DNA from: Eledone cirrhosa
Lineage: Eukaryota
Length of the DNA stretch: 64,000 bases
Assembly (NCBI GenBank): GCA_964016885.1
Contig: OZ024742.1
Location: 33,046,001 to 33,110,000 of the forward strand
Direction of reading: 5' to 3'
Notes under the pieces: generated by a model
Told to the model about the DNA's origin: nothing
Database searches by the model: none
The model's input: only the letters and a program-made list of their open reading frames with translations
In this document: piece by piece, positions 28,586 to 42,252 of the stretch
Position numbering within the stretch: position 1 is the stretch's first letter
Layout of the letters: each line of letters begins with the position of its first letter
Position numbers and translations under genes: made by a program

Positions 28586-31500
28586 TCATCATCATCATCA
28601 TCATCATCATCGTTTAACGTCCATATTCCACGCTCGCATGGGTTTCCCACTTGAGGCAAGAGTGGTTGTCTTGCTCACATAGGACTGTCTGGCGGGTTTA
28701 CTACAGCTGGATGCTCTTCATAACACCAACCACGTTTACAGTGTGTACTGGGAGGTATTTACCGTGTTACCTACACGGCCACATTACAGTGTGGACTGCG
28801 TGTTTTTTTGTCGTGACACCTACACGACCTCATCTGTTTCGGGCTGGATGTTGTGGTACCAACATAACTCTACATTGAAAGGGGTGGTGTGGATGGGGTG
28901 GGGTAGTAGGACGGGGGTGTATTTTGTTAGAGGTGCCTACTGATTGTAGTTGGTTTCACTTTGCACTTAGGTAAGGCGGCTCTTCTCTATTACTGTGTAG
29001 CGCCAAAGATCTCGGTCCAGTGACATTGTCTTGGAGAGGTGTAAGTGTGTGAGGTCGGAATTTATCAAGTTGTCCCAGGTTTTTCTGGGTCTGCCTACTC
29101 CGTGGCTACCGTCTATTTTTATTGCCCTGCACTTTTTTATACAGCTGTCGTCTTTCATGCGCATCACGTGACCATACCAACGTAGTCTTCTCTCGAGTAA
29201 ACAACATCTGATCCCCCTTATTTCTAATTTCTCCCTTAGTTCGTTTATGCTTTGCCGTTCACGTACATTACTATTACACATCCAGCAGAGCATGCAAGCT
29301 TCGTTTCTCTCCAGTCTGCGTATATCCTCTGCACACAATGCCCAGGTCTCACTGCCATGTAACATTGCTGTTCATATGCAGGCATCATACAGCCTGCCTT
29401 TCATTTTTAGAGAGAACCCTTTAGCGGCCAATAGTGGTATAAGCTCTGAACTTTTTCCCTCCCGTTCTGACTCTAGCTACTGTACTTTCAGAGCACCCTC
29501 CCCCACTGCTGATTTTGTCACCCAGGTAACGGAAGCTGTCCACTATTTCTATAGAACCATCTGTGCAATGGAATGAGTTAGTATTCTGCAGGCACTTGCT
29601 GCTACTTATTGCACCAGAGCACCGGCCACATATAAAATCTATATTCTTAGTTAGCTTACCTGTGATCCCACTACATCTTTTATGTACCCATACTTTGCAT
29701 TTGGAACATAAAATGGAGTTTCTACCTACTCCTTTCCTACACACTGAGCATGGCCATTTCCCAGATGGGACCGTTGCCCTATTTTCCTTCCTACAAACTA
29801 GAACTTTAGTCTTAGACAAGTTAACTTTAAGGCCTTTTGATTCTAGGCTATGCTTCCATGTTTGGAATTTTTTCTCTAGTTCAGCCATTGATTCAGCTAT
29901 GAGCGTTAGATCATCTGCATATAGGAGTTCCCATGGGCAGCCAGTCTTGAACTCCTCTGTTATAGCCTGAAGGGCAATAATAAATAGTAGGGGGCTAAGG
30001 ACGGAGCCCTGATGAACACCAACTTTTAATCTAAACTCTTCACTATATTCGTTGTTAATTCTAACCTTGCTGACTGTTTCTTTATACATGGCTTGTATAG
30101 CTCTCACAAGCCATTCATCAACACCTAGTTTTCTAAGGGCCCACCAGATAATCGAGCAGGGTACTCTGTCAAAGGCTTTCTCCAAGTCAACAAAAGCTAA
30201 GTATAGGGGTTTACTTTTAGCTAGGTTCTTCTCTTGTAGTTGTCGTACAATGAAAAGAGCGTCTGTTGTACTTTTACCTGACACAAACCCGAACTGCATT
30301 TCGTCTAGATCAATTCGCTCTCTGATTAGTTGCGCTATTACTTTTTCTGTGACCTTCATGACCTGGTCGATTAATTTAATGCCTCTATAGTTTCCCCTAT
30401 TTAGGGCATCACCTTTACCCTTGTAGCAGTTAATGATGATGCTGCTGCGCCAGTCCTTCGGAACGACCCCATTCTGTATGACTTGGTTTACTATCCGGGT
30501 GACCATAGTGTGTCCCACTGTTCCAGATGCTTTCAGCATTCCGGCAACTATTTCTGAAGGCCCGGCTGCCTTGCCCCTCTTCATGTCTTTGATCGCCTTA
30601 CTTATTTTATTACCTTCAACTTGCACTGCTGGTCCCTCTATTGGCTCGATGTGGGAGAGACTGTCTTTCTCCCAATTATTCTCCTCATTTAGTAGCCTTT
30701 CGTAGTGACACTTCCAAGCTACCTTCTTATCAGCATCAGTGATGGCAAGTACACCATCATCATTAAGGACACACTTCTCCCCGACAATATCACTGTTTTC
30801 CTTGACACATTGCCTAGCAATCCTGAACACCTCACGTTTTTGGTCCTCGCGTTGTAGAACATGCTTGAACTTTCTTTCCTCTGCTTCCCTTCTTGCGAAG
30901 TACACTTGTCTCCTAGCTTCCCTCCTGGCCACTTGATAGTCTTCTCTACTTCCCCATCCCGCCATGCTTTCCAAGCCTGCTTTTTGGCCTTGATTGACCT
31001 CTCCACCTTACTGTTCCACCACCAAGTTACTCTCCTCCTGCCTACAGGCCTGCCCCAGCCACAGGTTTCATCTGTTGCCTTCAGCAGGTTAGCTTTCAGG
31101 AATTCTCACTGTTCCTCTATATTGTACGACTCTAATTGCTCTTCCTTACTATCAAAAGCATCAAGTAATATGCTTTTAAATTTATTACTGGCTGTGGGGT
31201 CCTTTAATTTCCATATTTTTCTCCTGAGGATAGTCATCTTCTGTTGTCGAATACGTCTCGTCCTGACTATGAGGTCGCTAATTATGAGTCTATGTTGAGA
31301 CGTGCATTCTTCATGGGGGAGGGATTTAGTGTTTACAACAGACACTCTGTCACGTCTCCTGGTAAGGATATAATCTACCTGGCTTGTGTGTTCCCCCGAT
31401 CTATAGGTGATCAAGTGATTGTCTCCTTTTTTGAAGTTAGTGTTACAGATAGTTAGGTTATTTGCGTCACAGAATTCTAGGATTCTGGAGCCTTCCTCAT

Positions 31501-32564
31501 TTCTAGTACCAAACCCATAGCCTTCATGGATTCCGTCATAGCCGTCACAATGTTGTCCAACGTGACCATTTAGGTTGCCAGCAATAATTATATAGTCACT
31601 GTCGGTTATTTGGGAGGTAGTGAGCATCAGTGTCTCATAGAATCTGTCTTTTATAGTGCCGGGCAGTCCGGATTGGGGTGCATACGCAGATATTACTGTC
31701 ACAGTAGTTCTATTGAGGACAAGTCTTATTTTAATTATTCTGTCGTTCACTCTATTTACGTCTATTATCTTATCTGCCCACTTTTCTGCTGCCATGATTC
31801 CTACTCCACCCAGCCCATTGTCATTTCCCACCCAGAAAAGCTTATAGCATCGTTCTTTACCCACGATGAATCTAGCAGACCCACCCCTCCACCTGGTCTC
31901 TTGAAAACAACAAACATCGACCTCCTTACGTTCAAGAATTTCTACAACCTCGTTAGAGCGACCCTTTAAGGTGCCTACATTCATGGTACCAACTCTGAAG
32001 TTTTGGATTGCGTTTGGAGGGTCGGAGCGGTGGGGCGCAGGGGTGGGGTGGGGTGGGTGGGGGAGATGGGGTTATGTTAGCCATCTGCGGCCGAAACAAA
32101 GAGGAGGAGTCCTTGTATTCTCGTTCATGAGGTGAATTTGTCTTTATCTTTGGCATTGTCACTGAGTGTCCAGATTTTTTCTTTTCAAACTCTCCAGAAT
32201 TCCGTAGTCCATCCATCATATCAAAAGGCAACCAGGTAAGCGATAGCATAGGCCGCTGACTTGTGATTGGCCCACGTAATAATGGTGGTGCGTGGGGGCG
32301 GGTGGGAGGGATATTGGGTAGTTAACGAGAAGGTTAAGGTTTAAATAAGATCCCCATATTTTGGGCATAATTTAACAAGCATAAAACAGTAATACAAGAT
32401 TTGTTTTGAAAAATACGCTAGAATTATCGAATAGAAAAGCAAAGATTGGATTCGGGGAGAAATGATACAGATTGATGAATGGACTAGGGAATTAAAATGG
32501 TGAGAAGAGTGAAGAAATATTTGTACGTTACATTACACCATGATAGCAGCCTATCCTGTCTAGG

Positions 32565-32565
<1 letters not shown>
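28586..32565 (-). mobile_element. Near full-length RTE LINE (B-related): APE-RT-PHD with frameshifts and a stop
   Basis: APE (NVGTL, QETRW, SAYAPQ, VDYIL) 31106-31984; RT 29421-30974; tail at 28586; 5' boundary inferred from the (TA)n at 32565. Confidence 0.9.
32266..32303 (-). promoter_or_regulatory. Putative internal promoter of the RTE (GC box + CCAAT box)
   Basis: Minus strand CCCGCCCC followed by GGCCAATCAC in the presumed 5' UTR; motif match only. Confidence 0.3.
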
Positions 32566-32594
<29 letters not shown>

Positions 32595-32596
<2 letters not shown>

Positions 32597-32961
32597 AGGA
32601 TGAATATAAAATGAAAGTGCTTTTTTTAAAAAAGGAATTTATTAGGTATTGACATATGTTTCTGTAACAGACGGAATACCTATGTATCGCTGCTTGCGTA
32701 ATCATATAATGTTAGCAAGCATTCGATAGCAAATGTATAATCAGTTGTCACTTCTTCAGAGATTTTGGATAAATTGATCCAATTTATCCAAAATCTCTGA
32801 AGAAGTGACAACTGATTATACATTTGCTATCGAATGCTTGCTAATATTATATGATTACGCAAGCAGCGATACATAGGTATTCCGTCTGTTACAGAAACAT
32901 ATGTCAATACCTAATAAATTCCTTTTTTAAAAAAAGCACTTTCATTTTATATTCATCCTTT
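32595..32961. repeat. ~180-bp-arm near-perfect palindrome with hammerhead remnant
   Basis: Centre ...GGATAAATTG-ATC-CAATTTATCC...; arms contain TAGGTATT...GAAA-CATATG-TC-AATACCTA. Confidence 0.92.
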
Positions 32962-33066
32962 GTACATTTTCTCCAGAATATAATTTATACTCGTTGAGCA
33001 AACCTGCACGTACGCTGTTCATCTCTAAAGTAACAATATATTATCACTACATTATTGATAACCTGA

Positions 33067-33111
<45 letters not shown>

Positions 33112-33117
33112 TAAAAT

Positions 33118-33375
33118 GAATTCCAACTTTGTCTGATTTACTTTGTCTGGTAGAATATTAAATGTTAAGTGTTAATTGAACAAGTACTTTCAACTGTTGA
33201 AAATTGCAAACTTGACTGTCACCACTGAATATGAACCTGAAGATTGCGAAAGCATGAAAGTACTTGTTCAATTAACACTTAACATTTAATATTCTACCAT
33301 ACTATTTCATTATAATATCATTATAATTTTAAAGGATTGTAAATAAAATGAGTAAATCAGACAAAGTTGGAATTC
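33118..33375. mobile_element. Penelope-like fold-back remnant with nested inverted repeats
   Basis: 33118-33142 pairs with 33351-33375; ~33147-33192 pairs with 33255-33299; adjacent to (TA)n. Confidence 0.75.
33232..33270 (+). ncRNA. Minimal type-I hammerhead ribozyme motif
   Basis: TGAAC-CTGAAGA-tTGC gaaa GCAt-GAAA-GTAC-TT-GTTCA: 5-bp stem I, GNRA-capped stem II, palindromic AGTACT. Confidence 0.8.
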
Positions 33376-33598
33376 CTTTAATATAATCATCTATACACAA
33401 TCATACACACCCGTGTATATTTCTCTCTCTCTCTCTCTATATATATATGTGTGCGTGTGTATGTATATATATATATGTATGGTAAGAATCGATCTTATAA
33501 CATCTTTTCTCTCAGATCTTCTTATATCATTGCACCTGTATAATTCTTACAAACACGCATAGTGTGGATACATGTGTCTAGACAAAACCTTACCCTTG

Positions 33599-33630
<32 letters not shown>

Positions 33631-33634
<4 letters not shown>

Positions 33635-34050
33635 GGGAGACCCAAGACCTGGGATGAGGTGATAAAAGCCGATCTTACCCAATTACACCTCTCAAAGGCG
33701 TCACACAGTATTACAGAAAACGCGACCCCCCACGAGTACAAGTTGAGGCTGAAGCATATAGACAATATGCCCCCACACTCTCCCACTGCAAAGTGGTCAT
33801 GGAGGTGCCACTGCATAGCACCCAGCCCACACTGTAAAGTGGATGTGTAGGCGCCATGGAAAAAAAGCACCCAGCACTCATTGTAAATGAGGTTGGTGTT
33901 AGGAAGTGCTTCCAGCTGTAGAAATCAAGCCAGAATCAGTTCCCATATCAGCAAGACAAGGTCAGCTGACCGAACACTGCCCACAACAGGACAACCCGTC
34001 TAACCCATACTAGCGTGGAAGAACAGACATAAAACAGTGATGATGATGAT
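33631..34050 (+). mobile_element. RTE subfamily A 3' fragment
   Basis: VGRPKTWDEVIKADLTQLHLSK, A-type UTR and GAT tail. Confidence 0.88.
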
Positions 34051-34303
34051 ATATATAAATATATATATATATGTAGAAGTTGTATTTAATTTGTTGGAAT
34101 TCCGACAAACATAAATGTTTATAACTAATTTAGAGCACTCAACAGTAATGGAGTAAATATTCCATGATATTAAGCTATCATAACTATCCATATTAAACTA
34201 TAATAACTATCCATGATATTAAACTATCATAACTATCCAGTGAATTTCCGACCGATAAGGTTTGATTTTCATGGGTATGTCTTTATTTATAAAACAAACT
34301 TTG

Positions 34304-34365
34304 TATTTTATCTGATGAAAGCGCACCAAGATTGGGTTGGTTGCCCTTGAAATATATATAAAATA
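34304..34365 (+). ncRNA. Hammerhead ribozyme motif
   Basis: TATTTTAt-CTGATGA-AAGcGCACCAA...TTGGTTGCcCTT-GAAA-TATA-TA-TAAAATA. Confidence 0.6.
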
Positions 34366-34887
34366 AATATGGTTTTATAAATATAGTTTCCATTTATTTA
34401 ATATCATGGTATATATATAGTTTGTATATATTTAATATATTATGTATTCATCATGCATGTACTAACAAAGTAACAAACAGAAGTTCTTAATGACTCTTTT
34501 ACTTTTTCATTTCTTTATTGAATTATGAATGCTTATAATTCTACTTATATTCCATAGATCCCGACTCTTTCTTTCCCCTTCTCCTCCTCTCTTCTATTCA
34601 ACAACCAGAGTTGATGAATGAAGTTTCCACAACCAAAAGCACCATTATACCATTTATTTGCTTCTTGATTTGGCCAACAGGCAGAGGCATCAGTGAAAAG
34701 ATAAGAAAGAAATATAGATAAATAAATCAATTAAAGAATATTGATTTCATATATTTCCCACAAGGGTGCCAGATAAGGATGACATTACAAGGACAGGTAA
34801 CATAATGAAAGGGTTTAAATGGAGGTCAGATAATTGGAGGAACAAAAAATATAAAATAAATATATATAAAATACTACTACTAATAAG

Positions 34888-35102
34888 GATTTCTGATTTA
34901 GGCACAAGGCCAGCAATTTTGGAGCAAAGGCAAAGTCAATTAAATTGACTCCAGTGCATTACTGGTGCTTATTTATCAACCCCATAAGGATGAAAGGCAA
35001 AGCTAACCTCGGCAGGAGTTGAACCCATAACGTAAAGGGCCACAACTCTATGTCGCTAAGCATGCTGTCCAACGCTCTACCGATTCTGCCAATCCACCAC
35101 CT
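34888..35102 (-). mobile_element. SINE (Meta-like family)
   Basis: Same head and central domain as other copies. Confidence 0.78.
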
Positions 35103-35554
35103 TCTAATAATAGCAACCACAAAGCAAAGATGGTTGCCTATTCTTTTCTTTACATTCTGTGATTCTATGAGGAATGATATTAAAATGGGTGAGGAAAGAA
35201 TATTGAAATGAAAATAGATACAAATTTAATTTCATTCTATTATTATTATTTGCTCCTTTTCAACAGTGCCGGATCTGGACTATTTTACAACCTCCCCCTC
35301 TCCACTGCCTCTGTTACACTAATCTGACATACTTTATTCCACATTGTACCTTGCTTTGTCTCGCATCAAACCTGATTTAATTAATAACAAAACACATTTA
35401 GGTTAGTACATTTGCACTCAAGACAACAAAGGAATTTCTCTGCAGTTACTTGGCCTGCAAAAAATAACAGACAAATCTCCCTCAAATCACATCCTACCAT
35501 CTTAAAAAAAGAAGGGCACACTGGAAAATGTAGATGTCCCTGATATACAAAAAG

Positions 35555-35780
35555 ATAAAAAAGCACCCAGACCACACTGTAAAGTGGTCGTGTAGGTGTC
35601 ACGACAAAAAGCATCCAGCATTCACTGTGAATGAGGTAGGCATTAGGAAGGGCATCCAGCTGTAGAAACCAAGCCCAAATCAGTTCTGTATAAGTAAGAC
35701 ATGGCCCACAACACGACAACTTGTCTAACCAATGCTAGCGTGGGAAAATGGACATAAAACGTTGATGATGATGACGATAA
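35555..35780 (+). mobile_element. RTE A-type 3' UTR fragment
   Basis: CCACACTGTAAAGTGG module, TTAGGAAGGGCATCCAGCTGTAGAAA, GAT tail. Confidence 0.75.
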
Positions 35781-37086
35781 GATGGTCAGTGTTAGAAAGC
35801 CTGTTATCATAAATCTGTTCAATTTCGGTTACCTGGGGCTAAACAACAACAACAACAAGTATACATATGATGCTCACACACACACACACACTCCCTCTCT
35901 ATCGCAATCCTGCATTGATGAGAAACCTCTAACTTGACCTCAACAGCAACAGCTAATGATTTTTGAACTTTGGCACAAGGTCATAAAATTGCAGAGGTGG
36001 TGATGTTCAGCTTTGGTGGGATTTGAACTTAGACTGTAAAGAATTGTAACTAAATACTGCACAACATCCTTGTCTAATGCTCTACAGATTCTGTCATCCT
36101 CTGCCTTAACAATAGTAATGATTTCTCATGTAGATCTAAAGTCATCCAATCATATCAGGCCTCAATACTTGAGAGGTACATAACTCTTTTAGTGCCAGTG
36201 CCATTTTTAGTATTTTACTGCTCCAAGCCAGGACTACACACTAATTTTTGCATTAAAAAATGCTAAAAATAAAATAAAATAGATATTTTGATCAAATTTG
36301 CTTTATTTATTGTTTAGACCTGTACTCCACTAACTAAATTAAAATGTACCAGTATATCATTGGCATACAAAGAGTAGGAGGTAAAAGATGTACTCATGCA
36401 TATCAGGTACTCAAAGAGTTAAATCATCAACCTTAGAAGGATGAAAGGAATATCTTAACAACAATTGTCATCATCTTCTCATAACTGGTGCAGCAAGTCA
36501 TTGGAGTAACATTCTAGATGTTCTGGTAGTCAACAACCACCATTGATCTCTGTCCTCCATCATATGCTGAGGAGTTGCAGTGTTGAGACCTGTCCAGTCC
36601 GTCATGCTGTTAGACCAGGATTTCCTATGTCAGTCACTTTGTCACCTTCCTTCAACTGTGACTTGAGAATGGTTTTGGAAGAGTTTTGGCAAGAGACATG
36701 TCTGTACCAGGTGAGCTTTGTCTTTTCATTGTTGTCCAAGTAGTGCTTTCTGCTGGCCAGCAGATGTCGTGACATGCTCCCTGACAAAGCTGCTTGTCTT
36801 ACGCTCTGTGTATAATACTTTCTAACATTGCCATAAGGCCAACAATATGGAGGAAGAGGCAAGTCAATTATATTGCCCCCAGTACTTAGTTGGTACTTTA
36901 TTTTATTGACCCTTGAAGGATGAAAGGTAAAGTTGACCTTGGGATTTGAACTCAGAACTAGAAAGTCATAACTAAATACCACATAACATTTTAGCCGACA
37001 CTTTACTCATACTACAAATCCACCACCCTTGCTCTGTGTATAATAATAAGAAAACACAGACATAGACACAAAAGATGAAGGCTAAC

Positions 37087-37239
37087 CTGTTTAATAGCTT
37101 GGTGGTATTCCGGGACATTCCTTTCCAAGAAACCAGGCTCAGTGCGACTGGCATGAAATAGGCATATCCACATCACTACATTGACACCAATGAATATTAT
37201 ATGAAGAGTTTGCAGCTCGTAAAACGTCTGTGGTAAGCA
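37087..37239 (-). CDS. Internal exon of a probable ankyrin/DHHC palmitoyltransferase (Patsas/ZDHHC-like)
   Basis: Strong acceptor TTTCTTTCTTTCTATTTTCAG and donor CAG|GTTAG; 153 nt, phase 0-0, open frame CLPQTFYELQTLHIIFIGVNVVMWICLFHASRTEPGFLERNVPEYHQAIKQ; TM helix followed by the (D/E)PG motif that precedes the DHHC cysteine-rich domain (similarity recalled from memory). Confidence 0.8.
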
Positions 37240-37649
37240 CTGAAAATAGAAAGAAAGAAAAGATGAGGGACAAGATAAATATGGGGATCTGTCACTTAAC
37301 CCTTTTAATACCAAACTACCTGAAATCACTCCTGACTTTATGATACAAAGCTGTTCATTTTTAAGCCGCCACTGTGGTCGTCGTCATTGTCATCATCATC
37401 ATCATCATCATCTAAACACTGCCAAATTATGAAAAGCACAACCTAAATTTACATATATTAGTGCACATAAAGGATTAACACTGATCCTGTTAGTGCTGCA
37501 CATGGTAGTGGGGTAGTTGATCAAGGCATATGTGAGAACCCCTTCAACTTAAGCAATCATACATCCACATTCTTTTTCAGGTACAGTAGCTGCAATGAAA
37601 AGGTGACCTAAACCCCATTGTCAGTTAACATATCTCATGGCTGCCCTTC

Positions 37650-37884
37650 TTAACCCTTTAGTTACCAACCCAGCCAAAATCAGTTCTGGTTCTATGAAAT
37701 AAATTAACCCATTTTAAAGGTTTCCAATTTAAATCAAAATATTCCAACATGATTTTATAACAGAACTTTACATTAAGTTACTATCCTACTAATGAAATAA
37801 TTAATAATTTTAGTAAATCCCTCAAAATTCTTTGTTGATTAAAGTAAGTGTATTTCATTAGAAATGCGGTCATGAAAGGGTTAA
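37650..37884. mobile_element. piggyBac-like MITE
   Basis: TTAA|CCCTTT ... AAAGGG|TTAA termini. Confidence 0.65.
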
Positions 37885-38109
37885 TGTTGGCACAATGAAA
37901 CGTAGACCCAGGGAAATTGTGAAGATGTTTGTGAGTTGATGATATTTTCAAATATCTATCTACCTATCTATCTATCCATCTATCTATGTACCGAATTGTG
38001 ACTCCTACATGACTAGTCCATTAAAAGTCACTTTTGAATAAAATGATTCATCGTTCCCCCTACTTATTATATTGAGTATCTTCGATTATATTTTTAATGG
38101 GATACAACT

Positions 38110-39250
38110 CAGTGTGTGTGTGTATGTGTATGTGTGTGTGTGTGTATATTAGTGCTGATATATGTCTTAATGTGTTGTCTCTGTGTGCATGTGTGTGTAT
38201 ATGAATGTACACATGTATAGCACTACTGTCACTATAAATTCATCTAAATGAATGGGCATGCATTTATGTGTGTGCACATGAGTATGTATGTGAATGTGCT
38301 TATGAGTGTACATGTGAGTGTTTATGTGTATGTATGTATGTGTGTGTGTGTATGTGTACATGAGTGTGTATGTGTGAGTGTGTGTGTGTGTGTGTATACA
38401 TGTGTGCTTGTAAGTGTGTATGTATATTTATATGTGTGTGTATGCACATGTTTCTATGTGTAGCAGTACATTTTAATCAGGCTGAACCAAGAGCCTACTA
38501 ACAGCTTTTCTTCTTGATCTGCCTAAGGTTGATCAATTTGATCTCCTTGCCTACCTCTGCCATGTTTAATGTGAAGTGAAGTATTTTTAACCCAACACTT
38601 CAATCTACACTTCACTCTTGTTTAGAAGGGTCTCACTGATTTATAGACATTCCCAGTAATGTGAACACTCTGCATTCTTATGCTCACACACACACATGCA
38701 GACACACACACATACACACGCCTACAAGCAGACTCACCCACACATGCAGACACACACACATACACATGCACACATTCAAACACACACCTACAAGCAGACT
38801 CCCCACACATGCATATATGCTGACATGCATACATTCATACACACACACACACACAAATGTAGACACATGCCCACAAGCAGATACACCCACACAGGCATAT
38901 ATGCAGATACACACAAATGCATAGACATACAAACATGCATATGTAGAAACATGCTCACACACACACACACTCACACATCAAGATACATGCCACCTCCACA
39001 CACAAATGCATGTTCATATACACATACATTTTTATGAACCAGTAGTGTAAAATTTTGAGTCTTAAAACACACACACTTATATGTACATACACGCACACAC
39101 AATGTATATATTTATATAAAAATGGAGATGAAAAATGTTATTTCTTACACACATGCATATTTCTTACAAACATATGTAGGCCAACACACACACACACTCT
39201 AATGCACACACATAAGCATACACTTACATGTGCACACACACAAATGCATG
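38110..39250. repeat. Degenerate (TG)n tract followed by a degenerate (CA)n tract
   Basis: 38110-38460 TG-rich; 38660-39250 CA-rich. Confidence 0.85.
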
Positions 39251-39329
39251 TCTAATGTATATATCATATAAATATATATATATATATTATATATTATATA
39301 TTATATATTATATATATATATATTATATA

Positions 39330-39374
<45 letters not shown>

Positions 39375-39555
39375 ATTATATAAATATATTATATATATAT
39401 ATTATATAAATATATTATATATATATATTATATATTATATATATATATTATATATTATATATATTATATATTATATATATATATTATATATTATATATAT
39501 ATATTATATATTATATATATATATATTATATATTATATTTATATATTATATATAT

Positions 39556-39587
<32 letters not shown>

Positions 39588-39598
39588 ATATATTATAT

Positions 39599-41441
39599 GT
39601 AAAGGAGATGCCCTAGATAGGAGTAACTATAGAGGCATTAAATTAATCGACCAGGTCATGAAGGTCACGGAAAAAGTAATAGCGCAACTAATCAGAGAGC
39701 GAATTGATCTAGATGAAATGCAGTTCGGGTTTGTGTCAGGAAAAAGTACCACAGACGCTCTTTTCATTGTACGACAACTACAGGAGAAGTACCTAGCTAA
39801 AAGTAAACCCCTATACTTAGCTTTCGTCGACTTGGAGAAGGCCTTCGACAGAGTCCCCCGTTCCATTATCTGGTGGGTTCTTAGAAAACTAGGTGTTGAT
39901 GAATGGCTTGTGAGAGCTATACAAGCCATGTATAAAGAAACAGTCAGCAAGGTTAGAATTAACAACGAATATAGTGAAGAGTTTAGTGTAAAAGTTGGTG
40001 TTCATCAGGGCTCTGTTCTTAGCCCCCTACTATTTATTATTGCCCTCCAGGCTATAACAGTGGAGTTCAAGACCGGCTGCCCATGGGAACTCCTATACGC
40101 AGATGATCTAACGCTCATAGCTGAATCAATGGCCGAGCTAGAGAAGAAATTCCAAACATGGAAGCACGGCCTAGAATCAAAAGGCCTTAAAATTAACCTG
40201 GCTAAGACTAAAGTTCTAGTTTGTAAGAAAGAAAATAAGGCGGCGGTCCCCTCCGGGAAGTGGCCATGCGCAGAGTGTAGGAAAGGCGTAGGTAGAAATT
40301 CCATTTTGTGTCCCAAATGCAAAGTTTGGGTGCATAAAAGATGTAGTGGGATCACAGGTAAGCTAACTAAGAACATAGATTTTACATGTGGCCGGTGTTC
40401 TGGGGCAATAAGTAGCAGCAAGTGCCCACAAAATACTAGCTCTTTCAACTGCGCAGAGGGTTCTATAGAAATAGTGGACAGCTTCCGTTACCTGGGTGAC
40501 AAAATCAGCAGTGGGGGAGGGTGCTCTGAAAGTACAGTAGCTAGAGTCAGAACTGGGTGGAAAAAGTTCAGAGAGCTTATACCACTATTAGCCGCTAAAG
40601 GGTTCTCCCTAAAAATGAAAGGCAGGCTGTACGATGCCTGCATACGAACAGCAATGTTGCATGGCAGTGAGACCTGGGCATTGTGTGCAGAGGATATACG
40701 CAGACTAGAGAGAAACGAAGCTTGCATGCGCCGCTGGATGTGTAATAGTAATATACGTGAACGGCAAAGCATAAACGAACTAAGGGAGAAATTAGGAATA
40801 AGAGGGATCAGATGTTGTTTACTCGAGAGAAGGCTACGTTGGTATGGACACGTGATGCGCATGAAAGTCGATAGCTGTATAACAAAGTGCAGGGCAATAA
40901 AGATAGACGGTAGCCACGGAATAGGCAGACCCAGAAAAACCTGGGACAACCTGATAAACTCCGACCTCACACGCTTACACCTCTCCAAGACAATGTCACT
41001 GGACCGAGACCTTTGGCGGTACTCAGTAATAGAGAAGACCCGCCTTACCTAAATACAAAGTAAAACCTACTACAGTCAGTAGGCATCTCTAACAAAATAC
41101 ACCCCCGTCCCCCCACCCCATCCACACCGCCCCCTTCTATGTAAAGTTATGTTGGTGCCACACCATCCAGGCCGAAACAAATGAGATCGTGTAGGTGTCA
41201 CGACAAAAAAACACACAGTCCACGCTGTAATGTGGCCGTGTAGGCAACACGGTAAAAACCTCCCAGCCCCACACTGTAAATGTGGTTGGTGTTAGGAAGG
41301 GCATCCAACTGTAGAAAACCTGCCAGACAGTCCTATGCGAGCAAGACAATCACTCTTGCCTCAAGTGGGAAAACCCCCGTCCAAACCCATGCAAGCGTGG
41401 AACACGGACGTTAAACGTTGATGATGATGATGATGATGATG

Positions 41442-41442
<1 letters not shown>
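39599..41442 (+). mobile_element. RTE LINE subfamily B, 5'-truncated, RT ORF uninterrupted
   Basis: 464-aa ORF 39658-41052; long AT tracts on both sides. Confidence 0.95.
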
Positions 41443-41474
<32 letters not shown>

Positions 41475-41603
41475 ATATATATTATATATATATATATTAT
41501 ATATATATATTATATATATATTATATATATATATATTATATATATATATTATATATATATATATAATATATATTATATATATATATATATTATATATATA
41601 TAT

Positions 41604-41705
<102 letters not shown>

Positions 41706-42206
41706 AATATGTATATATATACACACTTATTTATATTAATATACAAAACTCTACTCATTTTTTGTTTACTTTTCTCTTTCTGTTCTGTTTTTTCAAAGAG
41801 CAGAAGATAGAAGAAACATAGTTTAATGACTGTGACATCATTAAAGTACAGATGCTCTGACTTTTAACTTGACACAGAAACAACTATCTTCTAACCACGT
41901 ACTATATAAATCTGAGATTAAGAATGAAGATCTGTAGATTTCATAACTTCTCCTTCCACACACACACACATGGTAATAATGATGATGATGATGATGGTGA
42001 TGACTCTTTTACATTTATATTTTTTACTGATAAGAATAATAATTGTTTCTACATTAGGCACAAGGCCAGCAATTTGAAAGGGAGGCGAAAGTCAATTGAA
42101 TTGACTCCAGTGTGTTACTGGTACTTTATTCTATTGACCCCATAAGGATGAAAGATAAAACTAAAGTCGGCGGGATTTAAAACAGAAAGTAAAGAGCAGC
42201 AGCAGC

Positions 42207-42249
<43 letters not shown>

Positions 42250-42252
<3 letters not shown>

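Noticed and set aside
32220-32565. HDV-like ribozyme at the RTE 5' end
   Set aside because: I could not build a convincing nested double pseudoknot by eye
37570-37605. Plus-strand acceptor/donor pair suggesting a micro-exon
   Set aside because: Only 22 nt, opposite strand to the host exon and no coding support
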